From Myxococcota bacterium (GTDB lineage Bacteria > Myxococcota_A > Polyangia > Nannocystales > Nannocystaceae), in assembly GCA_039028615.1 (NCBI GenBank), contig JBCCHT010000024.1, forward strand, positions 96,001 to 160,000: 64,000 nt of DNA, in the 5' to 3' direction. The notes beneath the pieces are model-generated. The model did no database searches. It was not told where the DNA came from and saw only the letters and a list, made by a program, of their open reading frames with translations. Every line of letters begins with the position of its first letter. Position 1 is the stretch's first letter. Both the position numbers and the translations under genes were made by a program. This document shows, one piece after another, positions 37,426 through 46,170 of this stretch.

Positions 37426-38694
37426 TCAGTCCTGCCCGCAGACGAAGGCGAGCTCGTTGCGGAGCAGCTCTTCGCCGTCGGGGATCGAGTCACCGTCGGC
37501 ATCGGTCGCGCTGCCGTCGCTGACCGCGACCTCGGTGAGCACGAAACCGTTGGTGATCACCCGCTCGGACTGGGTCACCAGGATGGCGCCCGGCCCCGCG
37601 ATCGCGTCGTTGAACCGGCCGGCGACGAAGCCCCCTCCCGCGAGATCCAGCTCGTCTCCGTTGTCGGCCCAGATGTCGTTGTACATCAGCGGGTCGGGGA
37701 AGGTCTCGAGGTTCGAGAACAAGTCGACGGGGCTCGCCGTGTCCGGGTGGATGAGCTGGGGCGCGTCGAACGAGGCCGAGACCAACACGCCCAGGGTGTC
37801 CTGCATCTCCGCGTCGGAGTCGAGGTTCCAGAACCCGAAGATCAGGCGGCCCCCCGCGTTCACCCAGTTCTGCAGCCGGGAGCGGGTGCTGTCGGGGACC
37901 ACGGTGAAGTTCGAGGGATCGTCGATGATGACGACTTGGAACCCGCCGGCATCGAAGGCGTTGTTGAAGTCGACGTCGCTGTTGGTGGAGATCGCCGTGA
38001 AGCCGAGGGCCGCGGCGGCGTCTTCGGGAGCGGTGGAGCCGAACCCGCTGCCCGTGCTGCCGTTGAAGATGAGGGCCGAGGCCACCACCTGGCAATCGAG
38101 CGTGGCATCGCAGACGTCGGCGGTGCATCCGAGCCCGTCGTTGCAGGCGGTGTCGTCGGGGACCGACTGGCAGCTCGTGCTGGTGTCGCAGGTGTCGACG
38201 GTGCAGGCGACCCCGTCGTCGCACAGCGAGTCGTCGGGAATCCCGATGCATCCGCGGGTGGGGTCGCACATATCGGTGGTGCAGGGGATGCTGTCGTTGC
38301 AGCGGTCGTCCGAGGCGGTGCTCGAGCAACCCATCACCGCGTCGCAGCTGTCGATCGTGCAGCTGACCCCGTCGTCGCAGGCGTCGTCCGAGGGGCTGTT
38401 GACGCAGGCCCCGTCGACACACTCGTCGGTGGTGCAGGCGACCCCGTCGTCGCAGTCCTTCGCCGTGCTGCACTCGCCACCGGTCGGGCTCGCCGTCGTA
38501 TCGCCCGTGGCCGGGTCTCCGGTCTCCTCCTCGGCCGCCGTCGAGTCGCCGGGTGTGCCGGTCGTGCCCGTCGCGTCGGTCGTGCCCGTACTCGCGTCGG
38601 ACTCCGAGATGGGCGGCGGGTTGAACGTGCAGGCCAGACCCGCGGAGATCAGCAGCAGCGCGCCGTGGTGGCGAAAGGCAGGGTTAGTCTTCAC
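37426..38694 (-). CDS. Lipoprotein with five CxDxxxCTxDxC repeats and an unknown C-terminal domain
   Basis: GTG start; lipobox GLAC; Thr/Gly linker; Dictyostelium CTDC-like repeats; alpha/beta C-terminal domain; DADGDSIPDG. Confidence 0.82.
   Translation of the reverse strand: MKTNPAFRHHGALLLISAGLACTFNPPPISESDASTGTTDATGTTGTPGDSTAAEEETGDPATGDTTASPTGGECSTAKDCDDGVACTTDECVDGACVNSPSDDACDDGVSCTIDSCDAVMGCSSTASDDRCNDSIPCTTDMCDPTRGCIGIPDDSLCDDGVACTVDTCDTSTSCQSVPDDTACNDGLGCTADVCDATLDCQVVASALIFNGSTGSGFGSTAPEDAAAALGFTAISTNSDVDFNNAFDAGGFQVVIIDDPSNFTVVPDSTRSRLQNWVNAGGRLIFGFWNLDSDAEMQDTLGVLVSASFDAPQLIHPDTASPVDLFSNLETFPDPLMYNDIWADNGDELDLAGGGFVAGRFNDAIAGPGAILVTQSERVITNGFVLTEVAVSDGSATDADGDSIPDGEELLRNELAFVCGQD
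38108..38454 (-). repeat. Five intragenic CTDC-type Cys repeats
   Basis: CDDGVACTTDEC, CDDGVSCTIDSC, CNDSIPCTTDMC, CDDGVACTVDTC, CNDGLGCTADVC. Boundaries approximate. Confidence 0.85.
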
Positions 38695-38974
38695 TGCCAA
38701 ACGATGCCACCGCCCGCGGCGATGGGATGTCAGCGGCCTTACCCCTGCTCCAGCACCGAGCCCGGTGGCGCATCGGCGCATTCGCGCATGGGTCCATTTG
38801 GATCCTGAGATTCGTATTGCGCTGCTACGAGTGGGAGTTTGACGTGTGGTCGAGGGTGGGTCCGAACAAAAATGGCCGCCAGCGATCCGGGGTTTCCCGC
38901 ACCACTGGCGACCGCGCCTCGTCACTCGGTCGACGGTCTCCCCACCGCGACGAGAGGACGGACTCGCGCCCTAC

Positions 38975-39685
38975 CTACCAGGGGTCTCCCACGCTCACCG
39001 AGGTGCCGGCCCACTTGTAACAGCCCCCTCCGCTCTTGCCTCCGCCACCCGAGCAGCTGTCCAGGGCTTCACAGGTCGTGATGTCGACCTCGCCCTCGGG
39101 GGCGGGCACCCAGCAGAACAAGCCGGTCTCGTTCTCCTCCCAGTAGCACTGCTCGCCCTCGTAGAACTCGCAGGCCCACGGGTAGAAGTAGCCCTCGGAG
39201 CCTTCGGACCACTTGTAGCAGCCGCCTCCACTCTCGTCGCCGCCGCCTTCGGTGCACGAGTCCAGAGCGCGGCATTCTTCGTAGCTGAGCTTGCCTTCGG
39301 GGGCGGGCACCCAGCAGAACAGGCCGGTCTCGTTCTCCTGCCAGTAGCAGCCGACCTCCGCGTACTCTTCGCAGACGACCTCTCCGGTGCTGGCTTCTTC
39401 TCCGGTGGAGTCGTCGGCACTCGTGTCGTCGGTGGCTGTGTCGTCGGTGGCTGCGTCGTCGGTCGCCCCATCGTCGGTGGCGGCGTCGTCCGTTGCCGCG
39501 TCCGTCGCTGCATCATCGTTGCCGGTCGTCGTGGCCGGGGTGTCGGTGTCGTTCGGGGTTGAGCCCGTGGTCGCGGCACCGCCGTCGTCGTCGTCGTCGA
39601 TGGGCTCCTCCTCCAGGATGCAGCCGAACGCGAGCATGGAGCTGAGCGCAGCGGTGGAGAAGACGGATCGCTTGAAAATTCTCAT
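38975..39685 (-). CDS. Lipoprotein with a DDxAT stalk and a tandemly duplicated Cys-rich domain
   Basis: GAGG RBS; lipobox AFGC; two copies of CYWxENETGLFCWVPAPEG...CxALDSC..GGG..SGGGCYKW...PW. Confidence 0.85.
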   Translation of the reverse strand: MRIFKRSVFSTAALSSMLAFGCILEEEPIDDDDDGGAATTGSTPNDTDTPATTTGNDDAATDAATDDAATDDGATDDAATDDTATDDTSADDSTGEEASTGEVVCEEYAEVGCYWQENETGLFCWVPAPEGKLSYEECRALDSCTEGGGDESGGGCYKWSEGSEGYFYPWACEFYEGEQCYWEENETGLFCWVPAPEGEVDITTCEALDSCSGGGGKSGGGCYKWAGTSVSVGDPW

Positions 39686-39961
39686 GGTGGTTCCTCTCGT
39701 GTCGTCAATGAAGACAGCACTGACGTGGAGCGCTCGGCTCTGTCGGTGGAGCGATGGATCCGTGGCTTCACGGCGCTCCCCGGTGGGAGCAAGGGCGGCA
39801 CCACGGGCGCTGACACCCAAGCAGTCCGGGGGCGCACAGGTTCGTTCCCGATTAATTCGCGCTCGATCGAAGATCGACGCGAAACGCCGATTACCAGCGT
39901 TGCGCGATTGAAGGCGTGGGGTCTTTCCCGACGGTTTCGGTTGTTGCTGCGGGCGGCTCGA

Positions 39962-40582
39962 TCAAATCCGGCGACCGAGTGCACGGGCGATGGCTTCGAG
40001 ATCGCCTTTGACCGCGGAGGCATCGGCCGGGGCTACGAGCGTGGGCAACACACCCTCGAGCGCCCGGCGGGCCCGGTGGAGCCGAGTACGGGCGGTGGTG
40101 GGCTCGACCTCGAAGACCTCGGCCAGCTCGTTGGCGCGCATACCTTCCCAGTAGTGCAGTTCCAGCAGGGCTTGCTGCTCGACCGGCACCCGCTGGAGCG
40201 CGCTCAGTAGCAGCCCGTGCTGTTCCTCGGCGGCCAGGGCCGAGCTGGGCGAGCGCCCGAGCGCATGGATCGAGGACACCCCGGCATCGAAGTCCCGCTT
40301 GGCGTCCTTGCGGGTGCGGTCGCGCAGGTGCTTGAACAGCTGGCGACGGGCGATCGCAAACAAGAAGGTGCGGAAGCTGGCGTCCCCGCGGAATCGCTCG
40401 GCCGACTCGATGCAGCCCATGAAGGTGGCCTGCACCAGGTCCTCGAACTCTTCGCTGCTGACCTTGTTGACGAAGAACCGACGGACGGCGGGGAAGTGGC
40501 GGCGGAACAGGGTGTTGCCCGCGTCCTTGTTTCCCTCACGCCAGGCTTCGAGCAGCCCCGCGTCGGTCTCGGCTTCGGTCAT
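39962..40582 (-). CDS. ECF RNA polymerase sigma factor
   Basis: LLEAWREGN, EDLVQATF, FRTFLFAIAR, ELAEVFEVEPTTARTRLHRAR. Confidence 0.95.
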   Translation of the reverse strand: MTEAETDAGLLEAWREGNKDAGNTLFRRHFPAVRRFFVNKVSSEEFEDLVQATFMGCIESAERFRGDASFRTFLFAIARRQLFKHLRDRTRKDAKRDFDAGVSSIHALGRSPSSALAAEEQHGLLLSALQRVPVEQQALLELHYWEGMRANELAEVFEVEPTTARTRLHRARRALEGVLPTLVAPADASAVKGDLEAIARALGRRI

Positions 40583-40608
40583 CCCCACAACGTAGCAGGC
40601 ATCGAGCG

Positions 40609-43600
40609 CTACCGCCGTTGGCACTCGCCGTCTCCCCGCCAGGACTCGATTTCGCCGAGGACTCCGGGGTCTCCTTCACCGTGCTCGGCAAAGAAGGCGC
40701 TGGCCTGCTCGAGGAGTCGACACGCCCATGCTCGATCGCCGCCGAGCTCGGTGGGTGCCTGCAGCAGGGCTTTGGCGAGGGCAACGCGGGTCTTGGCGAG
40801 GTCCGCCGTGGGTGCTTGCTGGGCTCGCGCGGCCTCGGACAGCGCGAGGGGCTCGAGCGCGTCGGCCGGCCGCCCTGCGTCCACCAGCGTCTCCCCGAGG
40901 GTCGAGTACGCGGTCGCAACGAGCGGGTGATTCGGGTAGAGCTTGGCCCTGAACACGCTCACCGAGCGCCGCAATAGGCTCGCGGCTCGTTCGTAGTCCT
41001 CGGTCGTCTGGTGGAGCTGGCCGAGGTTGTGAAGCACCAGGCCCAGGTGTTGGTGGGTGGGCCCAAGGGTCGATTCCAGGATGGGGATCGCTCGGAGGTA
41101 CGTCGCCTTGGCTTGCTCCGGTTGGTCCTTCGCGGCGTAGGAGTTGCCGAGGTTGACCAGGGTGCCCGCGAACTTCGACGTGTCCTGCTGGCCTGCCGCT
41201 TCCATCGTGGCCAGGGCACGCTCGTTGAGCTCCAGGGCCTCGTCGATGTTGCCGAGCAGCTGATGGGCCGAGGCGAGGTTGTCCAGCCCGGATACGGTGG
41301 AGGAGTGCCCCGCCCCGTAGGCGGCCTCGAGGATCTGCAGCTCTCGCTCGGCGAGCGGGAGGGCCTCGGCTGGCTGCTGAAGGGTCAGGTAGTAGGTCGC
41401 CAGGTTGCCCACGGCGATGGCGATGTCGGGATGGTCGGGCGGCAGCGCTCGCGTGCGAATCTCGAGCGCTTGCTGTCCAGCCTCGAGCGCAGCGTCGTAG
41501 CGGCCTTCCTGTGCGTTCGCGGCCAGGAGGCGGTCGAGGGCCGCAGCGACGGTGGGGTGAGTGGGGCCGAGCAGCTGCGTATCGAGCTCCAGCCCTCGTT
41601 CCATGAGCTCCCGCGCTCGGGTCGGGTCGCCCTTGCTGCGGTACGCGTTGCTGAGGTCGCCGAGCATGCGAGAGATGAGCCAATGGTTCGGGCCCACCAC
41701 GCGCTCGTATAGGGCCTTGGCCTCGGTGGCGTGGGCGATCGCGCCCTCGGGGTCACCGAGGGCGAGCGTCACCAGTCCCTGGTTTCGGAGGTATCGCGCC
41801 TTGCGGAGCTGCAGGGGGTCGCCTGCCTGCACGCGCACCGCTGCGCTCAGCTCGGCCCAGTGCAGGGCTCGCTCCGGGCGCTGCTCCTTGTGCAGCATCA
41901 AGGTGGTCAGCTCGCTGGCTGCGTCTTCGGCTGCCCCCCAGGCGCTCGCCCGCAGGGCCAGCATGAACGCCTCTTCGCCCAGCATCGCCGCTTGCTCGTA
42001 GTCCCCGATCTTGGTGGCGAGCTCCGCCCGAGTCGCCATCACCTCGGCCGTCAGCGGCGGCCAGCCCAGGTCTCGGGCCCGTTGCAGCGCCTGCCGAGCC
42101 GTCGCTTGCCCCCGTTCGTAGCGCCCGCCGGCCGATTGTGACTCGGCCTTCGACAAGAGCTTGCGGACGGCGACCGCCTCCTCGCGGAGCTGTGACGCGG
42201 GGATGGGCATGGTGGACAGGAACTCCTCGAGGGTGCACAGCTCGACGGGAGTCAGCTTCGTCGCCATGAGCACGGCCCCGTTGGCGACGCTCCGGTCGGC
42301 CGTCGACAGGGTCCCCACCAGCGCATCGAACTCGAGGCGTCGTTGCTCGAGACACCACTTGGCCTTGTCGAGATCGTCGCGGTCGAGGCTCCCGTCCACG
42401 ATGGTCGCCTGGCATGCGGCTTCGTTGTGCTCGTTCCACGCGCGGGCATAGTCGTCGAGCGCGGGGACGGTCTGGTCTGCCACCGTCTGCGCATCGTGGA
42501 GGCCGGTCTCCATGAACACGTCCCGCAGGCCCTGCCCGATGTCTTTGTCCCAGATCTCGTCGATGGCGTCGCCGTGTTCGATGCAGGCTTCGGTGTCGAG
42601 CCGTTGTTGGCGCTGCCGCTGCACCTCGACGCCCCACCGCGCCAACGCGACCGCCGAGGCGGCCAAGACCGTGACGCCGGCCCACAGTCTTCGACGGCGT
42701 CGTCGTGCACCTCGGCGCAGCGCCTCGGCCAGCGCCCGCATGCTCGGGTAGCGATCGTCGGGGCGCAGGGCCATGCCTCGGGCCAGCACCCGGCGCACGT
42801 AGGGCGGGATCGACGAGGGCCCCGAGGGCAGGCGCCCCGCTTCGATTGCGGCGATCCGCTCGGCATTGGTCGAGCCCTCGAAGGGGCGGACGCCGAACAG
42901 CGCCTCGAAGAAGGTGACGCAGAACCCGAACTGATCGCTGCGAGCGTTGGCCTCCCCGTCGAGCTGCTCCGGGGCCATATAGGCCGGAGTGCCCACGATG
43001 GCGCCCGTGCGGGTCAGCGAGGTGGGCTCGGGGTCGGGCGCGCTTCCCTTTGGGTGCTCGGTCGTTCGCTCCGAGGGGGGACGGGCCAGGCCGAAGTCGG
43101 CGAGGCGGAGGCGACCGTCGGCCCCCAGAAGCATATTGGCTGGCTTCACGTCGCGATGGATGACCCCGACCGCATGCGCGGCGGCCAGGCCATCGGCGGC
43201 CTGCAGCGCCATCACCAGCAGCTCGCGGGTGCGGGCCGAGGTCAGCTCGGGGCGATCGAGACACCACTGCCGGAGCGTGCCGCCGTCCACGTGCTCCATG
43301 GCGACGAACCACTCGGAGCCGTCCATGCCCGCGTCGTGGATCGTGACGACGTGGGGATGGTTGAGGCGGGCGAGCATCACCGCCTCGCGCTGGAGTCGGG
43401 CGTGGGTCTCGGCGTGGACCCCCGACAAGACCTTGACCGCGACCTTGCGGTCCAGCAGCGCATCGTGGGCGAGGTACACCATGCCCATGCCGCCGTGGTC
43501 CAGGGGCTCGACCACCACGAAGCGGCCGATGCGAACCTCCGGGGCGCGGCCGAAGAGGCGATCTTCGATCCGGGACTGCTGACGCCGCCCTTCGACCCGC

Positions 43601-43635
43601 AGCTTGGGCGTCTCCCCTGGATCGGTGGTGTCCAT
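40609..43635 (-). CDS. Ser/Thr protein kinase with TM helix and TPR repeats
   Basis: HGGMG, VAVK, HRDVKPAN, DFG, GTPAYMAPE; RRRRRRLW plus TM; TPRs. Confidence 0.95.
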   Translation of the reverse strand: MDTTDPGETPKLRVEGRRQQSRIEDRLFGRAPEVRIGRFVVVEPLDHGGMGMVYLAHDALLDRKVAVKVLSGVHAETHARLQREAVMLARLNHPHVVTIHDAGMDGSEWFVAMEHVDGGTLRQWCLDRPELTSARTRELLVMALQAADGLAAAHAVGVIHRDVKPANMLLGADGRLRLADFGLARPPSERTTEHPKGSAPDPEPTSLTRTGAIVGTPAYMAPEQLDGEANARSDQFGFCVTFFEALFGVRPFEGSTNAERIAAIEAGRLPSGPSSIPPYVRRVLARGMALRPDDRYPSMRALAEALRRGARRRRRRLWAGVTVLAASAVALARWGVEVQRQRQQRLDTEACIEHGDAIDEIWDKDIGQGLRDVFMETGLHDAQTVADQTVPALDDYARAWNEHNEAACQATIVDGSLDRDDLDKAKWCLEQRRLEFDALVGTLSTADRSVANGAVLMATKLTPVELCTLEEFLSTMPIPASQLREEAVAVRKLLSKAESQSAGGRYERGQATARQALQRARDLGWPPLTAEVMATRAELATKIGDYEQAAMLGEEAFMLALRASAWGAAEDAASELTTLMLHKEQRPERALHWAELSAAVRVQAGDPLQLRKARYLRNQGLVTLALGDPEGAIAHATEAKALYERVVGPNHWLISRMLGDLSNAYRSKGDPTRARELMERGLELDTQLLGPTHPTVAAALDRLLAANAQEGRYDAALEAGQQALEIRTRALPPDHPDIAIAVGNLATYYLTLQQPAEALPLAERELQILEAAYGAGHSSTVSGLDNLASAHQLLGNIDEALELNERALATMEAAGQQDTSKFAGTLVNLGNSYAAKDQPEQAKATYLRAIPILESTLGPTHQHLGLVLHNLGQLHQTTEDYERAASLLRRSVSVFRAKLYPNHPLVATAYSTLGETLVDAGRPADALEPLALSEAARAQQAPTADLAKTRVALAKALLQAPTELGGDRAWACRLLEQASAFFAEHGEGDPGVLGEIESWRGDGECQRR

Positions 43636-43712
43636 GACGGGTCAGTACCCCCGCGTGACGTAGCGTTCCGCCGCGAGCGGGCGCGGTCGAGAGTACGCGC
43701 GCTGCGAGGGCG

Positions 43713-44963
43713 CTACCAGCCGGGATAGCTGCACACGGCGGGGGTGCGGGTGGGCGACAGCTCGCAGGTCAGGCCGTTGCAGACCAGGCCCTCGGTGCAC
43801 AGCCCACCGTTTTCACAGTCGTCGCCCTCGCCTCCAAGAGGCCAGCAGAAGCCGTTGGGGCAGTAGCCGCTGTCGCATTGGTTGTGCCCCGAGCACATCT
43901 CCCCGGTGAGGATCGGCTCGTTGCAGGTGCCCTCCGGATCGTCGGCGCTCGCCAGGCACCACGAGCCCGGCGCACAGGTGCCGAACAAACAGGTCTCGCC
44001 CACGACGGGCAGCGCGACGCAACGGTCGGTCTGGAAGTCGCACGTCGCACCCGCGGCACAGTTGCCGCCGATGCACTGCTCGCCCGCGAGCGGGACCGAG
44101 CGGCACACGTCGTTGGAGCACAGCAGGCCATCTTCGCACGGGTTGTTCGCGCAGGACTGACCGATCGCTACTTGGCTCACGCAGCTGCGGTTGTCCCCGG
44201 TCTCGCTCCAGCGGCACAGCATGTCGTTGCCGCACTCTTCGTGGTTGATGCACGACTCGCCTTCGGCGCGAACGGGGACGCACAGGTCCTGGCTGCGGTC
44301 GCACCACAGGCCGGGGACACAGTCACTGATGCCGCAGAACTGACCCTCGGTGGACGCGGTCTGGCAACGGCCGGTGTCGAAGCTGCAGTACAGGCCGTCG
44401 GCGCAGTCGTCGAAGAAGCCGATGCCGAGCTCGGTGTTGGAGCAGGTCTCCCCTTGGGCCCGCCCGCCGAGGCTGGAGCAGGGCGTCACGCAGTTGCCCG
44501 CGGAACAGAGCAGGCCTTGCTCGCAGTCGGAGACGAGCGCGTCGAAGCTCTCGCAGCTGTCTCCGAGGGCGCGCTCGCCGTGATAGATGGCGCAGAAGCG
44601 GTCGCAGACTCGGGCCGACCCGTCGACGATCCATCCGCAGCCTTGCTGCTGGATGTCGGCGGCGATCGAGTCGAAGCACTCCGCGTCGTAGGTCAGCTCT
44701 TGTTCGTCACCGAGCCGGAGCCGGTGCTCCCACAGATCGCTCAGCTCGGTGTCGCAGGAGCTCGGGGTCGTGCCGAACTCGCAACTGCACGCCGCGACCT
44801 GCTCGCAGTGGTCGGCGATCAGGTCCTCGACGGCGGATGCCGACGGGGCCTCGACGCCTTCGATGGGGCCGGGATCGCTGACACCGACGGGCGCTTCGCA
44901 GCCCGCCGCGACCACCACCATGGAGGCCAACGACCAGCGCGCATACCTCTGCAACCTAAGCAT
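43713..44963 (-). CDS. Cys-rich lipoprotein (GxxC...CxxGLxC repeats)
   Basis: Lipobox AAGC; about 9 repeats such as GDSC..CEQGLLC and GETC..CADGLYC. The start could be 44978. Confidence 0.85.
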   Translation of the reverse strand: MLRLQRYARWSLASMVVVAAGCEAPVGVSDPGPIEGVEAPSASAVEDLIADHCEQVAACSCEFGTTPSSCDTELSDLWEHRLRLGDEQELTYDAECFDSIAADIQQQGCGWIVDGSARVCDRFCAIYHGERALGDSCESFDALVSDCEQGLLCSAGNCVTPCSSLGGRAQGETCSNTELGIGFFDDCADGLYCSFDTGRCQTASTEGQFCGISDCVPGLWCDRSQDLCVPVRAEGESCINHEECGNDMLCRWSETGDNRSCVSQVAIGQSCANNPCEDGLLCSNDVCRSVPLAGEQCIGGNCAAGATCDFQTDRCVALPVVGETCLFGTCAPGSWCLASADDPEGTCNEPILTGEMCSGHNQCDSGYCPNGFCWPLGGEGDDCENGGLCTEGLVCNGLTCELSPTRTPAVCSYPGW

Positions 44964-45184
44964 CAAGTCAAGCATCATGGGGCAAAGATGAGGCATGGCC
45001 GGGGAGGGAGCAAGCGTGGCCGTGGCGGCTCGGGCTTCCCGCTGACCGAGGACGGCCGGCGTTGGCCGTTCGACTCGCTGAAGCACGGTTCGTCTCGACC
45101 GTCCCGAGCCGGTACGCCATGGGGCGCCCCCGGCTGCCGATCGCCTGCGTAAACTCCGCGCTTGCGTCGGGCTTCAAGTAGTTT

Positions 45185-45206
45185 ATTGTTTGGTTGACCA
45201 AACAAT
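45185..45206. promoter_or_regulatory. TetR operator palindrome
   Basis: ATTGTTTGGT-TG-ACCAAACAAT, perfect 10-bp arms, ending 2 nt before the tetR ATG. Confidence 0.85.
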
Positions 45207-45208
45207 TT

Positions 45209-45811
45209 ATGGGGCGACCATCCAATGCACCGCTGCGACGGCAGCAGATCATCGAGGCCACCGTGCGGGTCATGGCCCGGACCGGCTTCGACGGCGCGTC
45301 CACGTCGGCCATCGCCAAGGAAGCGGGGCTGAGCGCCGGGTTGGTGCACCATCACTTCGGCAGCAAGGCGGAGGTGCTTCAGGCCCTGCCCGGACACCTC
45401 GAAGCCCTGGTCGACGCTCGCTATCAGGCGCTCGCGGCTCGTCGCCGAGGCGCATTGGGTCGGCTCGAGGCCTGGGTCGACGCTCACCTGGCGCACGGCG
45501 ACGACGCCCAGCCCGAAGCGGCCGCCGCCTGGGTTTGGCTCGGAGCCCAGGCGCTCAAGGACGAAGGTCTGCGCACGCGCTACCAGGCGGTGGTGCGGCG
45601 CCGCCTCGAGGCCCTGGCCGGGCTCATCGAGGACGCGAGCGCGGACGCTCCGACGCGCATCGATGCCCGAGCGTTGGCCGTGTCGACATTGGCCACCATC
45701 GAGGGCTATTTCCAGCTGGCGAGCAGCACCGACGTCGTGCCGCAGGGCAGTGCCGCCGCCGCGGTGGGTCGTTCCCTGCGACAGCTGCTCGGAGGGCGGG
45801 CGCGCCGATGA
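45209..45811 (+). CDS. TetR family regulator (BetI-like)
   Basis: RRQQIIEA...STSAIAKEAGLSAGLVHHHFGSK. Confidence 0.93.
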   Translation: MGRPSNAPLRRQQIIEATVRVMARTGFDGASTSAIAKEAGLSAGLVHHHFGSKAEVLQALPGHLEALVDARYQALAARRRGALGRLEAWVDAHLAHGDDAQPEAAAAWVWLGAQALKDEGLRTRYQAVVRRRLEALAGLIEDASADAPTRIDARALAVSTLATIEGYFQLASSTDVVPQGSAAAAVGRSLRQLLGGRARR

Positions 45812-46170
45812 GCCTCGACGCGAGCTTCGTCGTACGCCGGCCGCGGGTACCCTTCGTCCCCGGCTATTGCGTGCTCACTCCGGTCGTCGAGTCGCCCTAC
45901 GGCTCCGAGTCGGGGCTGGCCGAGCTTTTACGGGTGGCCGAGGTCGTGGCGCGTCGTGAAGCAGTGCAGCGCTTCGGCGATCCCGAGTGCTTCAGCCTGC
46001 TGTGCAATGCCGGCCGGACCCGACGACGGCGCTGGCCGCATGTGCACATCATCTTGGCGCCCAGCGTCCGGGCCAAGCGATGGGCGCTGTTGTGGTTGTC
46101 GCTCAAGCACCTGTCTCGGCCGTGGCGCTGGCCCCTGGTGCGGCGTCTGTGGTCGGGAGGGCGCCGCTGA
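45808..46170 (+). CDS. Small degenerate HIT-like protein (120 aa)
   Basis: ATGA overlap with tetR and TGATG overlap with the MFS gene; PFVPGYCVL and FSLLCNAG...WPHVHII. Confidence 0.65.
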   Translation: MSLDASFVVRRPRVPFVPGYCVLTPVVESPYGSESGLAELLRVAEVVARREAVQRFGDPECFSLLCNAGRTRRRRWPHVHIILAPSVRAKRWALLWLSLKHLSRPWRWPLVRRLWSGGRR

